Assembly (NCBI GenBank): GCA_002189035.1
Contig: NEEC01000004.1
Span: 3,410,001-3,474,000, forward strand
Reading direction: 5' to 3'
From: Utricularia gibba
Taxonomy: Eukaryota > Plantae > Magnoliophyta
Length of the DNA stretch: 64,000 bases
The stretch's first letter is position 1; each line of letters starts with the position of its first letter. Both the position numbers and the translations under genes were made by a program. Below the pieces are notes generated by a model. It did not search any database. It was given only the letters and a program-made list of their open reading frames with translations, and was not told where the DNA came from. Below, one piece after another: positions 1 through 12,699 of the stretch.

Positions 1-235
1 ACCGAGTCCTGAGTTCTGCAGACGTCGGTTACTTTCTACGCCTGCTATGTGATCTCGCTTTTCAGATATTGGCCGCCTGCTCTGCCGTAATTCGGCCGCT
101 TTTCATACTGTGCTATACAGCCACCGCTGTCAAATTTCTGACATATATCGGCCTGTCGACTGGTGCTATCTTGTCAGAGCTGCTTTTGGCGACCTTTTTG
201 GAGCCGATTATCCTTAACCGATTTATACCCCATCA
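1..235 (-). repeat. 3' LTR (partial, truncated by window edge)
   Basis: Colinear with 5393-5627, about 30 mismatches in 235 nt by hand count. Followed on plus by TTCAGCCCCTCTG (minus-strand purine tract GAGGGGCTGAA). Confidence 0.9.
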
Positions 236-457
236 TTCAGCCCCTCTGATTTACCGACATTGGCTGATCCAAGGCAAGTCGGTGGATCAGAATTATGACT
301 ATACTGATTTCGGGCATACCGCTTTTCTATGAGTAGGTCTCAAATCGATTCAAAATGATTTCTTCGCCATGCGTTGCTTCCTGGGCACGCCACACTTTTT
401 TCCACTCATTCTGGGCACTCCAAACAATGTGCCGTTTCGCCTTCCGAATACCTCCCT

Positions 458-465
458 TATAAATA
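458..465 (+). promoter_or_regulatory. TATA box (TATAAATA) upstream of the antisense accessory ORF
   Basis: CCTTATAAATACGCC followed by a pyrimidine-rich leader and an ATG at 746. Confidence 0.5.
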
Positions 466-745
466 CGCCTTTTTTTCGTCATTTCTCCCCTTTGCTTTCT
501 TTGTTCTTTCGTGAAGTTTCAGCGCCGTTCGTGCTTTGTCGTGTTCGCCGCCGTGTTACTCATCGGAAACCGCAAGTCCTTCTGGTATCTGTAGTTTCTC
601 TGCATCTTTCTCACATTCCTGGGTTAGTTATGCGTTCCGCTGGATTTTTGAAACCCTCTTCTTCTCATCCTAATCCCTCCACGGGTTTCTGCTCTTCGTT
701 CGTCCCCTTTGCAACTTCCTCCCCCTTTCAGTTCTCGAAAACGAA

Positions 746-2904
746 ATGGGCAGAAGATCTAGCGCACTGAACATCCTGCAATCCACTCCAAATATTTAAT
801 TCCGGAAGAATATATCATTTCTCAAACTAGGGATGGTCAGATTCCTTGGGGATCTGGGGAAAGGCCTCTTCCCCGTTTTAGTCTCCCCATCCCCATTGCC
901 TATTTAGAAAGCGGCCTCCGATTTCTGCTCCATCCTCTACTTGTTCAGTTTCTTCATATGTTTGCAACCCCCCTCTATTGCCTAGCCCTGAATTTGATCT
1001 TCTACTTTATTGCCTTCTTGTTCTACTCGGCGGGTATGGATCTAACAATGACCTCGATGGTTTTTTTTTTCAACTCTTCAAAGTTGCAGTCAGAAAAGCT
1101 AAGTCGCTGATGCATGAGCGTGCTCACTTTCAATTTCACCAGTTCGAAGATCATCCCGATTTCATCGTTAAACCTCCCGATACCCATCATGATTGGTGGT
1201 CTTCCTTTATTTGGGTGGCTCCCCCCATAGGAGCTAGATGGAACTTCCCGATTAAGCCTCCTGGTCCCTTTGAGGTTAAACCATCTGGCCGCTTTCGCCC
1301 TTCTAACGATTCTCGAAGAGATGTGTATCGGAGGCTCAGCGAATGCTCTGTGAAATACGAGTCCCAGTCACATTCGGGGGGGGGGGGGGCATGGTCCGAT
1401 TTCATCATTCCCCCCGGTTCTGAGTTAGAATTTTGTCATCTCTTTCAATCTCCACCCAATATCCCTGTTATTTCTGGTACACCTCCCACTTCTGATTCGA
1501 TAAATCCATTTCCCTCAGATCTGGTTCCCGAATCTTCTGTTTGCCCTTCGCCTCAAAAGAAAAGAAAAAGAGTTAAGGTTCACACACAGAAACCTTCTAA
1601 AAGGCACAAAGGTAGTTATGTTCTGCCACCCTGAATTGTAATGCCTTTATCGTGTTTCACCGCCTTTCCAACTTTCGCATGCAGCTGAAGAGATGGTACG
1701 ACGGAGTGCCCTGGAGGACTCAGTAATGGCCCGTTTCTTAGTTGAGATGCAGAGGATGTGGGTGCCCGAGGTGACCTCTTCCGCACAGGTTTGTTTTTCC
1801 GTATATTGATTTCAAATTCCCGAGTCTGACCCATTTCATTTCTTCCTCTAGGCCGGTTTTCCAGAAGTTCAGCCAAATGCTGTCGATTTGACTGTGGAAG
1901 GAGGCCGGGTAATTGGGGTTCCTGAGATTTGGGAAAAGGAAGCTGTCTCCCTCGCCAACACCTGCCGAAAGTCCAGCTCTCGGCGTGAGCCCCTTTTTCG
2001 CTAGCGCCTCCACATCGGCTCCTCCGAACGATGCAGAAAGGGGTTCTGATCCACCGATTGAGATAAGGGAGGATCCTGCCCCTACCACCGTCTTCTTTTC
2101 CACCGGAGCTGAGAAAGGCCTTAGAGGAGACGACTTCGAATGTCTCGGGAGCTGAGCCCGAAATTATACTCGAGGGGATTTGGCAGGTATTTCTCTTCTT
2201 TCCCGAGATTATACATATTCGGATACCGATTTGATGATCTTTTTCCCAGGTCTTCTTTCCAAGGGAATAGGGTCCACTTCAGAGGAAGTTTCTCAGCTCC
2301 GAGCTCAGGTTGCGGCACAGGATGCCAGGATAATGTCGTTGGGAGAGTAAGGGAGCGTGCTGAGGAGTATTCTTGGGAAACGTACCCATTGGAAGAAGAG
2401 TAACAAAACCTAGTCGGTGAGATGGGGAAGGCGATCGACGACGCCAACTCCGAAAATGAGAGTTTTAAAGTGCGTTTCGAGGAGGCGGAAGTAGAGTAAA
2501 AGCAGGCCAAGGATCGCATTTCGATCGTGGAAGCAGAGTTGCTTAATCAAGAGGCATCTCGGGGGAAGCTTATTAAAGACTTCGTGAACTCGGCTTGCTT
2601 TTTCGAGTTATCAGATATCTACGCAGGAGATTTAATTGGTTTGCTTCTATACCAACAGCGACAGCAATTCAGCTGAGAATTCGAGCTGTCAATCATGGAT
2701 CTGCGCTTCGATAGGATAAACCGTAGATTTAGTCCCAACCTTCTAATAGTTTTCTTTGAGCAATACAGCACAAGTCGCAATAGAAATCCCAAGGAGCCGA
2801 ATATGAACAGTGTAGTGGCAAAAGATGAGTCCAAAAGTCTGAAAAGGAGTACACACAAAATCCAAAGAATGAAACAGTATGATTTTGGACAAAAAGGGGG
2901 ATAA
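746..2904 (+). pseudogene. Antisense accessory ORF of the Tat/Retand element (N-terminal GLRFxLHP domain plus C-terminal coiled coil), broken by frameshifts and stops
   Basis: Translates ...AYLESGLRFLLHPLLVQFLHMF... (about 900-960), FFFQLFK...DWWSSFIWV (978-1634 ORF) and ...AIDDANSENESFKVRFEEAEVE*KQAKDRISIVEAELLNQEASRGKLIKDFVNS (about 2400-2600). Opposite strand to gag. Confidence 0.7.
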
Positions 2905-3184
2905 GATGAAGAGAGAAGGTAGATCTCCCCATTGGAGACTCATGAAAGCTTTCTCGAGACGGTTTTCTGGGGGGAAAGTCACAGAAGAACCATGGAGGAC
3001 GAAGAAGAAGATTTCAGCTACACTTGAACTTTTTGTTTATCAGGAAAACTATTTCTAATTAGGAATAGATTAAGCTTTCAGCGTGGACTGTTTATCATCT
3101 TCTATCTTTGTTGCACAACGACATGAACATGTTCTGGTTACTAGGTTATGAAAATGTTTTTCAGAGCCAAGATGTATTTCTCTA

Positions 3185-3379
3185 TCACTGTGTACCGAGT
3201 TTCGGCAAGGGGTAAGGATCTCTTTCATAGCAGGCGTTGAGGTTGCTGAAGTTGACACATATCCTCCATTTTCCACCGGGCTTCGGGACGACAGCCGGGT
3301 TGGCTACCCACTCAGACTATTGAATCTCCTTCACATAGCCGACTTCCATGAGCTCCCTTATTTTCTCTTTGATAATTCG
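3185..3379 (-). pseudogene. Reverse transcriptase N-terminal fragment (all that remains of pol)
   Basis: Minus translation RIIKEKIRELMEVGYVKEIQ*SEWVANPAVVPKPGGKWRICVNFSNLNACYERDPYPLPKLG matches the gypsy RT start (…WLANPVLVPK..GKWRMCVD..DLN..CPKDPFPLP). Confidence 0.85.
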
Positions 3380-3547
3380 GCCGCTGCTTTTGCCGGACCA
3401 GTTTCGCCCCCGAGTATGTATCAATACGATGCTCGGTGATAGATCAATGGATGCCTACAAAGTCTGCCGCTGCCCAATGATCTCTTCCGTGCTTTCCCAT
3501 ATTCATCGATTTCGGTCCCCCCAGATATCACATGGATTTCCCGAACT

Positions 3548-5018
3548 CTACGGTACATCCTGTCCTCTGTCGGGGTTCAGTCCCCTGCTAGCACTCGGGG
3601 TTTCCCTTGTTGATTTTGAGGGGAATTTTGGATACCGGTTACCCTCATTCCTCGGACATTCGTTATGTCCCATGTTCCGTTCCGCTATTGGCGTAGGATT
3701 TCGCGTCGTGTTATTTGTCCCTCTGCCAGCATGATATTGTTCAACCATCCTTCTCATTATCCGGCAATCGACTGTATTGTACCATGTTGTCTTGTGTATT
3801 TCACAATAGACATCCATTCTAGTTGGTTCCACCTGATATACTTCACGGCGTTTATTCGGCCGGGGGCCCGGATAGGTTGTGTTTCTTGTTGTGAGACCGG
3901 ACGGATTTCTAAACGGCTTTTCATTTTGGCCCTAAGGTCGTTGTCAACTCGGATGTACTTGATGATTTTCCTTAGCAATTCTCCGAGATTCTTCGGTGGG
4001 GACTTAGATAGACTTTGTCCTAGTTTCGACGTTTCTAGGGCCCGCTTCATTATTTCCACCCTTTCCTTCAAATCCAATTGGACATCATGTGCTAGGCAGT
4101 TAAATCGATCGATGAATCTTCTCAAGCTCTCTTTCCTGTGGTCATACCGAATAGAATACAGTGCTGCCTTTGAGGGTGGAGCTTTGATGTTGATAGCATA
4201 TTAGGTAGTAAAGAGCAACACCAGCTCCCGATAGGATCCCACACTGCATGGTTCCAACTGCTTAAACCAAGTCTTTGCTCCCTTTTGGAGCGAGCAAGAG
4301 AATAGCTTACATTTCATGGCCTCCGAATGCCGGACCGTGCCCATCCTCATGTCAAAATCGGTCACATGAGATATGGGGTCTCCTTTTCCATCGTACGTGG
4401 GCAGTCCATCGGGGGCTCTAAATCCCCTCTCTGGCTCTTCCCGAATTAGCTCATCCGAGAAAGGATCAAAGCGCAACGCTGGGGTTCCTGCTGCTCCTTC
4501 AACACTACTCTTCAGGGCTAGGTTAATATTGGCCAGAACGTCCCCTCTTCCACTGCAAACATTCTGATCAAAGGCATCCCTGAAGCGCCTACTCTCCCTT
4601 CCTCTTGGCAATGTCCGTATGCCGATAAGTCTTCGTCTCTCACAAATCTAGTCTAGTTCCCTCTTTAGCTCTTCTTCCCTTTTTTCCATGATTTCGCCAG
4701 TCGCATTTTCCCAATCCATTCCCGGTTCATAGATGACTTATTGTGCCTCTTTCTTCATAGCATCTCCTCCTCGGTTTCGGATTCGGTCTCCGTGTCTGGG
4801 GGGTATTCCGGAATCAGGGGTTGTTTTTCCGCTCGTGGTGTGGTTTCGGGTGTCCCCTTCTAGGCGTTGGAATTCAACCCCGAAGGTGCCCTAAAGTCGG
4901 AGAGGATTTCCGTTAGAAGGGCCTTCAGTTGCTCCCTGCTGGTGATCATAAGACCGGGGTCTTGTACGCCGGCGCTTCCTTCGTGGACCGAGTTGGTGGC
5001 TGTGCTATTTGCCGCCAT
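3548..5018 (-). pseudogene. gag (Retrotrans_gag domain and Cys/His knuckle), disrupted
   Basis: LPTYDGKGDPISHVTDF...KCKLFSCSLQKGAKTWFKQL (4201-4611), ESLRRFIDRFN (3757-4125), YCEIHKTTWYNTVDC (3548-3832). ATG at 5018. Confidence 0.85.
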
Positions 5019-5073
5019 GATCGATGTTTAGTGAGCGGTTTCTGTCGATTTCTCGAGTGGGACAATAGATCTG

Positions 5074-5090
5074 CCCCACGGTGGGCGCCA
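5074..5090 (-). other. Primer-binding site TGGCGCCCACCGTGGGG
   Basis: Plus strand CCCCACGGTGGGCGCCA lies 11 nt inside the 5' LTR. PBS type typical of Tat/RIRE2-like elements. Confidence 0.85.
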
Positions 5091-5101
5091 AAATAAGTCT
5101 T

Positions 5102-5627
5102 TGTTAAGGGTGAAAATCGGAGTCCGAGGTGGAACCGATTTTCGGGTTACTAGTGCAGCTGGAAATACCACACCTATTCGTGCTTCTTTATGATTCGCTC
5201 GATTCGACCAGCAAAAATAAAAGTGAACGAAGATTTTTACGTGGAAACCGCCAAAGGGCGGAAAAACCACGGAGCTATCGGAGAAAATGGGGTTACTAGA
5301 CGGAGATAGTGAAGAAAGGTACAAGTTGAGAGGCTTCGAGTTGAACCCTTTCTCCGTAATGATATCTTCTATTTATAGAAGAGGTCGATCTGACCGAGTC
5401 CTAAGTTCTGCAGAAGTTGGTTACTTTCTATGCCTGCTATGTGATCTTGCTTTTCAAATATCGGCCGCCTGCTCTGCTGTAATTTGGCTGCTTTTCAGAC
5501 TGTGCTATATGACCACCGCTGCCAGATTTCTGACGTATATCGGTCTGTTGACTGGTGTTATCCAGTCAAAGCTCTTTTTGGTGATCTTTTTGGAGCCGAT
5601 TATCCTCAGCCAATTTATACCCCATCA
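5102..5627 (-). repeat. 5' LTR (526 bp, TG...CA)
   Basis: Plus strand starts TGTTAAGG and ends CCCCATCA. Adjacent to the PBS. Its last 235 nt match 1-235. Confidence 0.9.
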
Positions 5628-6599
5628 GTCTTGAATTATACGAAATTTTTAAAACCTCTATATAAATTTATAATCTCATTTTAAACCTAATAATTAAACA
5701 ATTAATCTCACTGCAATACCTTTATTTAAATTCATGTAAATTAAGTTCATTTTATCACATTCTTATCAATAAAACACTACCTAAATATTACTACACCTCA
5801 ATCAATTAAAAAAAGTGATTTAAAGAATCACTTTTAACTCTTTAATGACTTTTACAAGTTGATTTTTTTCTTTTAAAAATGATTGCATCTTTGAGATGAG
5901 AAGGGCTGAATTTGCAATCTCAATAACCTAAAACCTACATGGTGGCCAAAGTCGCATGTCGTTTGGGATGTGTATCACATGATTTTGTGATGCAATATAT
6001 TTTATTTAATATTTTGTGAATATTTAATGTCGTAAAAACTATTTATTTTATATTATAAAACACAAAAAACTTACCTCAATAGACTAAGTATTTATTTATA
6101 TCAAAATTTTAAAATTTTCATCAACATATATTTGTCATATATATATATTATTTTATAAAAAAAAACAGAATTATATTATATTAAAAATTTCGAAATTGGA
6201 GAATAAAATAGATTAACTGTTGCTTAAAAATATGTAAAATTATTTAAAATTATAATATATTTTATACTGAAATTTAAATGATGATTTTGAATAAATAAAA
6301 ATGCATATTAATATGTTTATTAAAAGTATTAATATTAATTTGTGATAATGTTAAACATTGAAGTATTTTGCAAATGAGTATATGCAAATTATAAATATGT
6401 TCAAAATATAAGGTATTTTACCAATAAATTTGAAAATATTAGATACTTCACTAATTCCCCCTTTGTTTTTACATCAATCATAAAATTCATCATTTTGTAT
6501 CATTTGACTTGACTAAGTTTCTAAGAACTAGTGATTTTCTTTTTTTATGTATAGATCAAACTACAAGAATTTCAACCAATAATGAACTAATATTACTAA

Positions 6600-9500
6600 A
6601 TATTAGAGAAAATCATTATCCTGAAAACGATGACCTTAAAATTCCAAATGTAGAACCAACTGACAAACCAATATCTCAGTTGCCTGATCATCTAGACATT
6701 CATACACTTGACCATCCCTTGAAATTTTTGGAATTAATATCTTACCTTATGGAACTGTTCTTGATGTGATTGGATGGAGTGTTGAAGTTAATATTGATGA
6801 TGTTGTTCCTCCATCACTGAGCAATAATCAATTTCTCTGGAGTGATCTTATACCCAAACAATGAAGTTGAAAAGGGAATACAATTTTCAGATAGACAGAG
6901 TTTGATTGATGTTGTCACTTTATATCATTTATTGGTTGCGAAACGAACTTTTTATGTTGATCTTATCGTTAATGAACCACACATGGGATGTTACACATGC
7001 ATTAGCGAGTTCTCATGTGAATGTTTCACTCAAATTTATTGCACAATGGTCGAAAGCTCATCTTATAGGCACTTACACTGCAAATGATGTGAGAAGATTT
7101 ATGAAACCAAAGTGGGATTACGACATTACATATTGGCTTGTATTGACATGTCTAATGTGTGCTTATGAGTTGTAATATAGCTCATGAGAGTCATCAACAA
7201 GAGAACTTCCTAAATATTTGATAGAGACGCAACGTGCAAATCCGGGTGCCATCATTAGATGGTGATGCGTGTCGTTTCCACAACAAATTTAATACTTTTA
7301 AAACTCATAAAACACAAAAACATAGTACGGGTGTCGAACACAAGGAGTTGTTTTTGAGTGAAAGGTGAGGCACCCTGAATACAACTGTCACGATTTGTAA
7401 ACGGTTTTGAAGATAAAAGGTGTGAGAAACGTTGGTGATGAAGCTTGAGTAAGGGAATAAGGGGATTTTGAACAGACAACTAAAATAAACGTAAGCGATG
7501 AACCTTAAATAAAGTAAGTGTTCCTGGGCTTGGAATCCTATCCAGTTATGTTCGCTGCATCTTTACTCTTCTCTGGTCCTCTCGAGTACTCGGTTATAGG
7601 AGTAAGGAATTGCCTACCCTCCCTTACACTCTCTTGCAAGAAGGCACGGGAATAGCCCGATGTTGCTCCTCCTTGGACGAACGTGAGAATAAGAGGTCCT
7701 GCCAGCGTACCCTCACGGCCGAATTGCGCGCGTGTGCCCGAGTGTTGCCAATGACCCAATGAGTCCAGATACGAGGTCACTACCTGTCCATTGATCCTAA
7801 GGTACGGCCACAGACAAAACGTTGTCTTCCTCCTACCAAAAGGGCTCGAGTTGGTGCTTTCCACCTTGCTCCTTTCCAAAATCCGCGGGTAGTGATCAGC
7901 TAACCATGAACCTTGAACAATGGGACTGTTACAGAAAGACAACATAGTCGCGCGAAGACATACGAAACCCGTTCGGATTCAGAGAAAATGTGAAGATAAG
8001 CTAATGATACATAGATTTGGGGGTGTTCCAACCCAGAAACGGAAGCTTCTAGCCGCGAACGACCATACAAACTAAAGGAAACGAAACAAGGTTCTAGAGA
8101 GAAGCTAGAGGAAAATTCATCTAGAGAGAAAAAAAAGGGAAAACTAAATTGAAGGTAAAAACTAAACTTGTTTGAACAGAATTGAACTTTATTGAGAGTC
8201 TGAGATTTCATGTCTCTATGATTCTGCTGAACTTGGGATGACTTGCAAGCAACATCTGACACTGGTACGCTAATGATGTTGCCTGTCAGAGACTCCCGTG
8301 TTCCGCACATCAAGGCTCATGATTAGGTGTCTGCAGTCTTCTGGAAATCAAGGGAATGTCAGCTCGGGAAAATCCAATTTGTCGCCATCAAATGCCATCT
8401 TTCTCTCACTTCCTGCCACGTGTGCGCCTTTAGAAAAACTCAATTAAAACTAGTAAAATTAATAGATAAAATACAAGATTTAGGATAATTACTCTAAACT
8501 AGATAAAAACCCAAATCTCACATTATAGACTCATAATTAGACACTTCTAATTACATTTAAACATAAAAACAACCTAAGAAATAATAAAAAAATAACACTT
8601 AACAGATGGCAACATAATATGGGTGAAAATTGACAACTATTGCTACATAATTTGTTTTGAGTATTTGGACTTACCATTCAAGCATTTCAATATTGTTGAC
8701 CAATATTATGCATTGATGCAACACATCTTCACAGTTGGTATGGATACAAATTGCTTGTATGTGTTACTATTGATGCAAATAATTGTGTTTGTTCCATAGC
8801 ATATGCCTTTATGCCAAAAGAATCTAGGGATGACTGAGCTTGGTTTCTTCAACAACTTAATAAGAATGTTGTTCAAGTACGTCGAGATGTCTGTTTCATA
8901 AGTGATTGAGGACCATGACTCATAGCAGAATATAAAGCATATTCAGTGAATTATCGATGGTGCATTTTCCACATTCGTAAGAATACAGTAAATCATATAG
9001 GATCAAGATCATCAAGTATTTCTAATTTAGTCAGAAAAGCAGTCTTTGCAACAACAAAGCGCAATTAAAATATGGTGAAATTATCACATGCATATGGACT
9101 TTTGCAAACAAGGTTTCATTGTAAATTCTTAATCGTAATAATTGACATGCGCATGCTCAACTCTAATATATGAAAACTAATGAAAAACCAAAGAAAACGA
9201 AACTAAATCCCAAAAGGCTTATGATTACTTTGTCGATATTGGTAAAGAAATGTGAATTCTACTTTCTAGTCTTGGAAGAGCTAGGTATGTGATAAATTTA
9301 TTAATTATAAATAACTAATTTTTTTCATAATTACATTTGATTTTTTTTTTATAAGCATACTATTATGACAACAAACCACATAGAAGTAATGAATCGGTTT
9401 TACACGATGTCTGATGTCATTCTCCAATGCAAATAGCAAAGGTATATGACAAGATAATTATACTTGTATCTACTAAAAGAACAATCGTTAAGTACAAATT

Positions 9501-10300
9501 CATGTCCAATTTACTTTTGAAAAAGATCGAGAATACTTTGAATAATATAGAGAAGCAGCATGTCAAAGATATTCACAATGCATACTATATGGACGTTGAG
9601 TAAATGATTTGTAGAATAAAATATTACAACAAATACAGACACTTTAATATACAACCTATAATTCAAGGAATCTTATTATTCATGTTACATCGATGGGAGC
9701 CATTCAACTTCCACATTCAAAGTAGATGTCAGCATAATGAATGTGAATGTGGTATTTGGCAACTCCACATGTACACATGTTATCATGCACAAGAGGTAAT
9801 TTTGTATTTTTTTAATTATATATTATTGATTTTATCTCACAATATTTAAATATGTAGACTCATCATCATGTGCAAATCAATCCTTGGGATAAGGCGTCCA
9901 TTTATTTTAAAATTTCCACATTGATGGATACACATGCAACCCAAGTTTATCTTTTACAAGATGAGAAAGATTAGGATCTAGCATTATTTATTCTTTTTTT
10001 TTATCCATCTCATCTCTGAACTAAGGTTGGGCGAGATATGACTATACGATATAAGGGTCCAATTGATTTCCAAACGTCACGGAGACATGGCCATCAAACA
10101 CAACAGGTACGTGATCTTGAAGGCATTTTTACACAGAATCCAGAAATATCTCAATCAACTCGAATATGTTCAAATCATACTAAAAATGATAATCCACACA
10201 CACTCAAGATGATACTCAATCAATAGGAAGACGCCATCCTCAAACTAGAAGTATGCTTGATGAGTTGGACACAAGATAGGACACGAATTTTCTATCTAAT
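6600..10300 (+). mobile_element. Decayed MuDR/Mutator (MULE) transposase, interrupted by a solo LTR; outer limits approximate
   Basis: EKGIQFSDRQSLIDVVTLY (MuDR N-domain, about 6870), ELPKYLIETQRANPGAIIRW (about 7200-7262), ILCIDATHL...TIDANN...AYAFMPKESRDD*AWFLQQL (MULE DDE, about 8700-8860), SWIM finger CECGIWQLHMYTCYHA (about 9745-9790). Confidence 0.85.
7263..8604. mobile_element. Solo LTR (1342 bp) with 5-bp TSD GATGG
   Basis: Starts TGATGCG, ends TTAACA. GATGG at 7258-7262 and 8605-8609. Removing it rejoins the MuDR frame. Confidence 0.9.
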
Positions 10301-11699
10301 AATATCCAAGTAGGGCAAAGTTCAAAATTTCGACATTCATCATATATGGGGATATCATCAGCTCCTCTTGTTCCTACAATTCACATATGTAGATATTCTT
10401 TATCAGATGTCTCACAATCAGTAGGACTTTCGTTGATACTTGGTTTAAATCCATCTGAATCTACATCAAGATCAGCTCGGTAGTTTACTTCTCTACTTCG
10501 TAGGGTTATTCCACATTTTTTGCATTCAAAATGTAATAATAATAATTGATAATGTTTTATTTAAAATAATTATGAATTCTGTTTAATTTTTGTTGTATTG
10601 TAAAAAGATTGAAAATTTTGATTTTATTTTTATGAATTTCATTTAATATTAATTAACGTTACATAATATTAAATTATTTGATAATTTTTTAGTATAAAAT
10701 AAATATAATGAATAGTAATAAAAAATATGTCAAATATGAACTTTTTAAAAATGAACATACCATTTTATTTTTATTCAACTAGAATAATATGATTATTAAA
10801 GTTTGAAATATTATTAATTTTTATTATAAATATTGAAGATAATAATTTTAAGATATATATTATTTCAAATATATTCTAACTTTATTGTAATAATTGAAAA
10901 TAAATTCTAGTTCATAATATATAATATTTTTTAAAATTATAAAACTAATAAGTGAAAATATTAAATGAAGTTTAAAAATTAATTTATTTTAAACTTTAGA
11001 TATTTTACAAAGATATCAATAAAAGTATAAGTAAATTACAAATAAGATTACAAACTCAAGTACTTTACAAATTAAATGGGTCTACGTGGCTTTCTAGTTG
11101 CCACATTATTTTCACTCGTGGTGCGGTGTAGTTTATTAGAATTATACCCAGTCAAAAATGGTTTTAGAAATCTATCCAATGTATGTGAGTATGTGTGAAA
11201 TCTACCCATTTTTCTTTTTTTAAATTTTTTAGTTAATTTATGACAAATAAAATTAATGTATTTTATTCATTTCTCAATATAAAATGATATTTGTAATAAT
11301 TACAAAAATGATGTTATAAAATTTTGATATATCATATATGATACAATAAAAATTGATATATATATGATATTTTGATTTTAATACTCTTATTCATACAAAA
11401 ATTTCAATTAAGTTAAATTAATTGAACTTTAAATTTTATAAAAATATATAATTTTTCATAAATTGAAATCGAACCCTTAATCCATAGGTTTAATAAAAAA
11501 AACACCAATTAAGCTATGTGTATATATATTAAAAAACTGCACGAGCATAGGTTTGTAATGTATACACGGCCGCCGCATATGTGATTCATTTTGTATAAAT
11601 TTATGAATATAAAGATAATGAATATTACCAATAAAAAAATAATATAATAATCTAAATATTATAACATTATACATAAAATTTACATATAATAATATAGTA

Positions 11700-12050
11700 T
11701 ATAATGTATTATAAAAAATATGTGACTATAAATTAAATTACATCATTTTTTACTCTTATAATATATATTATACAATAGCATGATATATAACATCTAAATA
11801 TAATACTTATTATGGCTAGATATTATTATTGTGTGGTTAAAAATTAGTATATGTAAATAATTCTATATGTGACTATAAATTAGTATATATAGATATTATT
11901 ATTATTTGATTTTAAATTAGTATATTTAAATAATATCATTATGTGGCTATAAATTAATATATTTATATATTATTATTATATGGTTATAAATTAGTATATA
12001 TAGATATTTATATCATACTAGTATATAATATATATTATTAGAACACAAAA
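11700..12050. repeat. Degenerate AT-rich tandem repeat (TATGTGACTATAAATTAGTATATATAGATATT-like units)
   Basis: Variants at about 11720, 11866, 11940 and 11980. Confidence 0.5.
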
Positions 12051-12199
12051 ATCATGTAATCTAATTTATAATCATATAATTTTTTCATATTTAAATATAT
12101 TGTGTAAAATTAGTTATAGAGAAATGAAAATATCTATAATTTTAGCTATACAAGGATAATGAATGCAAGTTATTGCAATAAGCATTACAATCAAAATTC

Positions 12200-12433
12200 T
12201 GATTTTCTGGGCTCGAATAGCTATACTTTTATGAGTTCAATCCGCTATACTCTCCATACGAGTACAACCCACTAATTTAGTAACTAAATCAAAGGATTTA
12301 GCCAACTAATACACCAAAAATCATATTTTCTCTAATCAAATAAAAATACTTAAAACTATCAAATTAACAATTAAACATAATTAAAAATTTGTGATTTTTC
12401 ATATCCTAAAACATGAAAATTTGTGTGTTATCA
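12200..12433 (-). mobile_element. 5' end fragment of an Athila-like LTR
   Basis: Minus strand begins TGATAACACACAAATTTTCATGTTTTAGGATATG, similar to LTR starts at 13060 (plus) and 42783 (minus). Confidence 0.65.
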
Positions 12434-12699
12434 GTATTAGTAACTATATATTTGGTATAATCTTATACTTCTATCCATAATGTTTTTCTTATGAAAATGT
12501 AAGTAACATTCACAAGGTGCAAGAATTATTTTACAAATTAATTATCTAAGGCCTTACAACAATGTCATCAAAGACTATCATTCGCCAAAAATCCATCCAA
12601 GTTGTATAAACATTGGAATCATACCATACCACATGCATGTGTGGAGATATATGACCACTCGGCGCAAACCAAGACAAGAAGGAAAGATTTTCCTAGTAT

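Larger units (their letters stand above)
1..5627 (-). mobile_element. Ty3/gypsy LTR retrotransposon, Tat/Retand-like, internally deleted (non-autonomous); left (3') LTR runs off the window edge
   Basis: 1-235 matches 5393-5627 as a direct repeat (both end ...TTTATACCCCATCA). PBS TGGCGCCCACCGTGGGG on minus at 5074-5090. Polypurine tract next to the left LTR. gag and an RT fragment on minus. Confidence 0.92.

Noticed and set aside
11130-11207. Right TIR of the MuDR element
   Set aside because: The composition is MULE-TIR-like, but no partner TIR is visible in the window, so it is not reported as a boundary.
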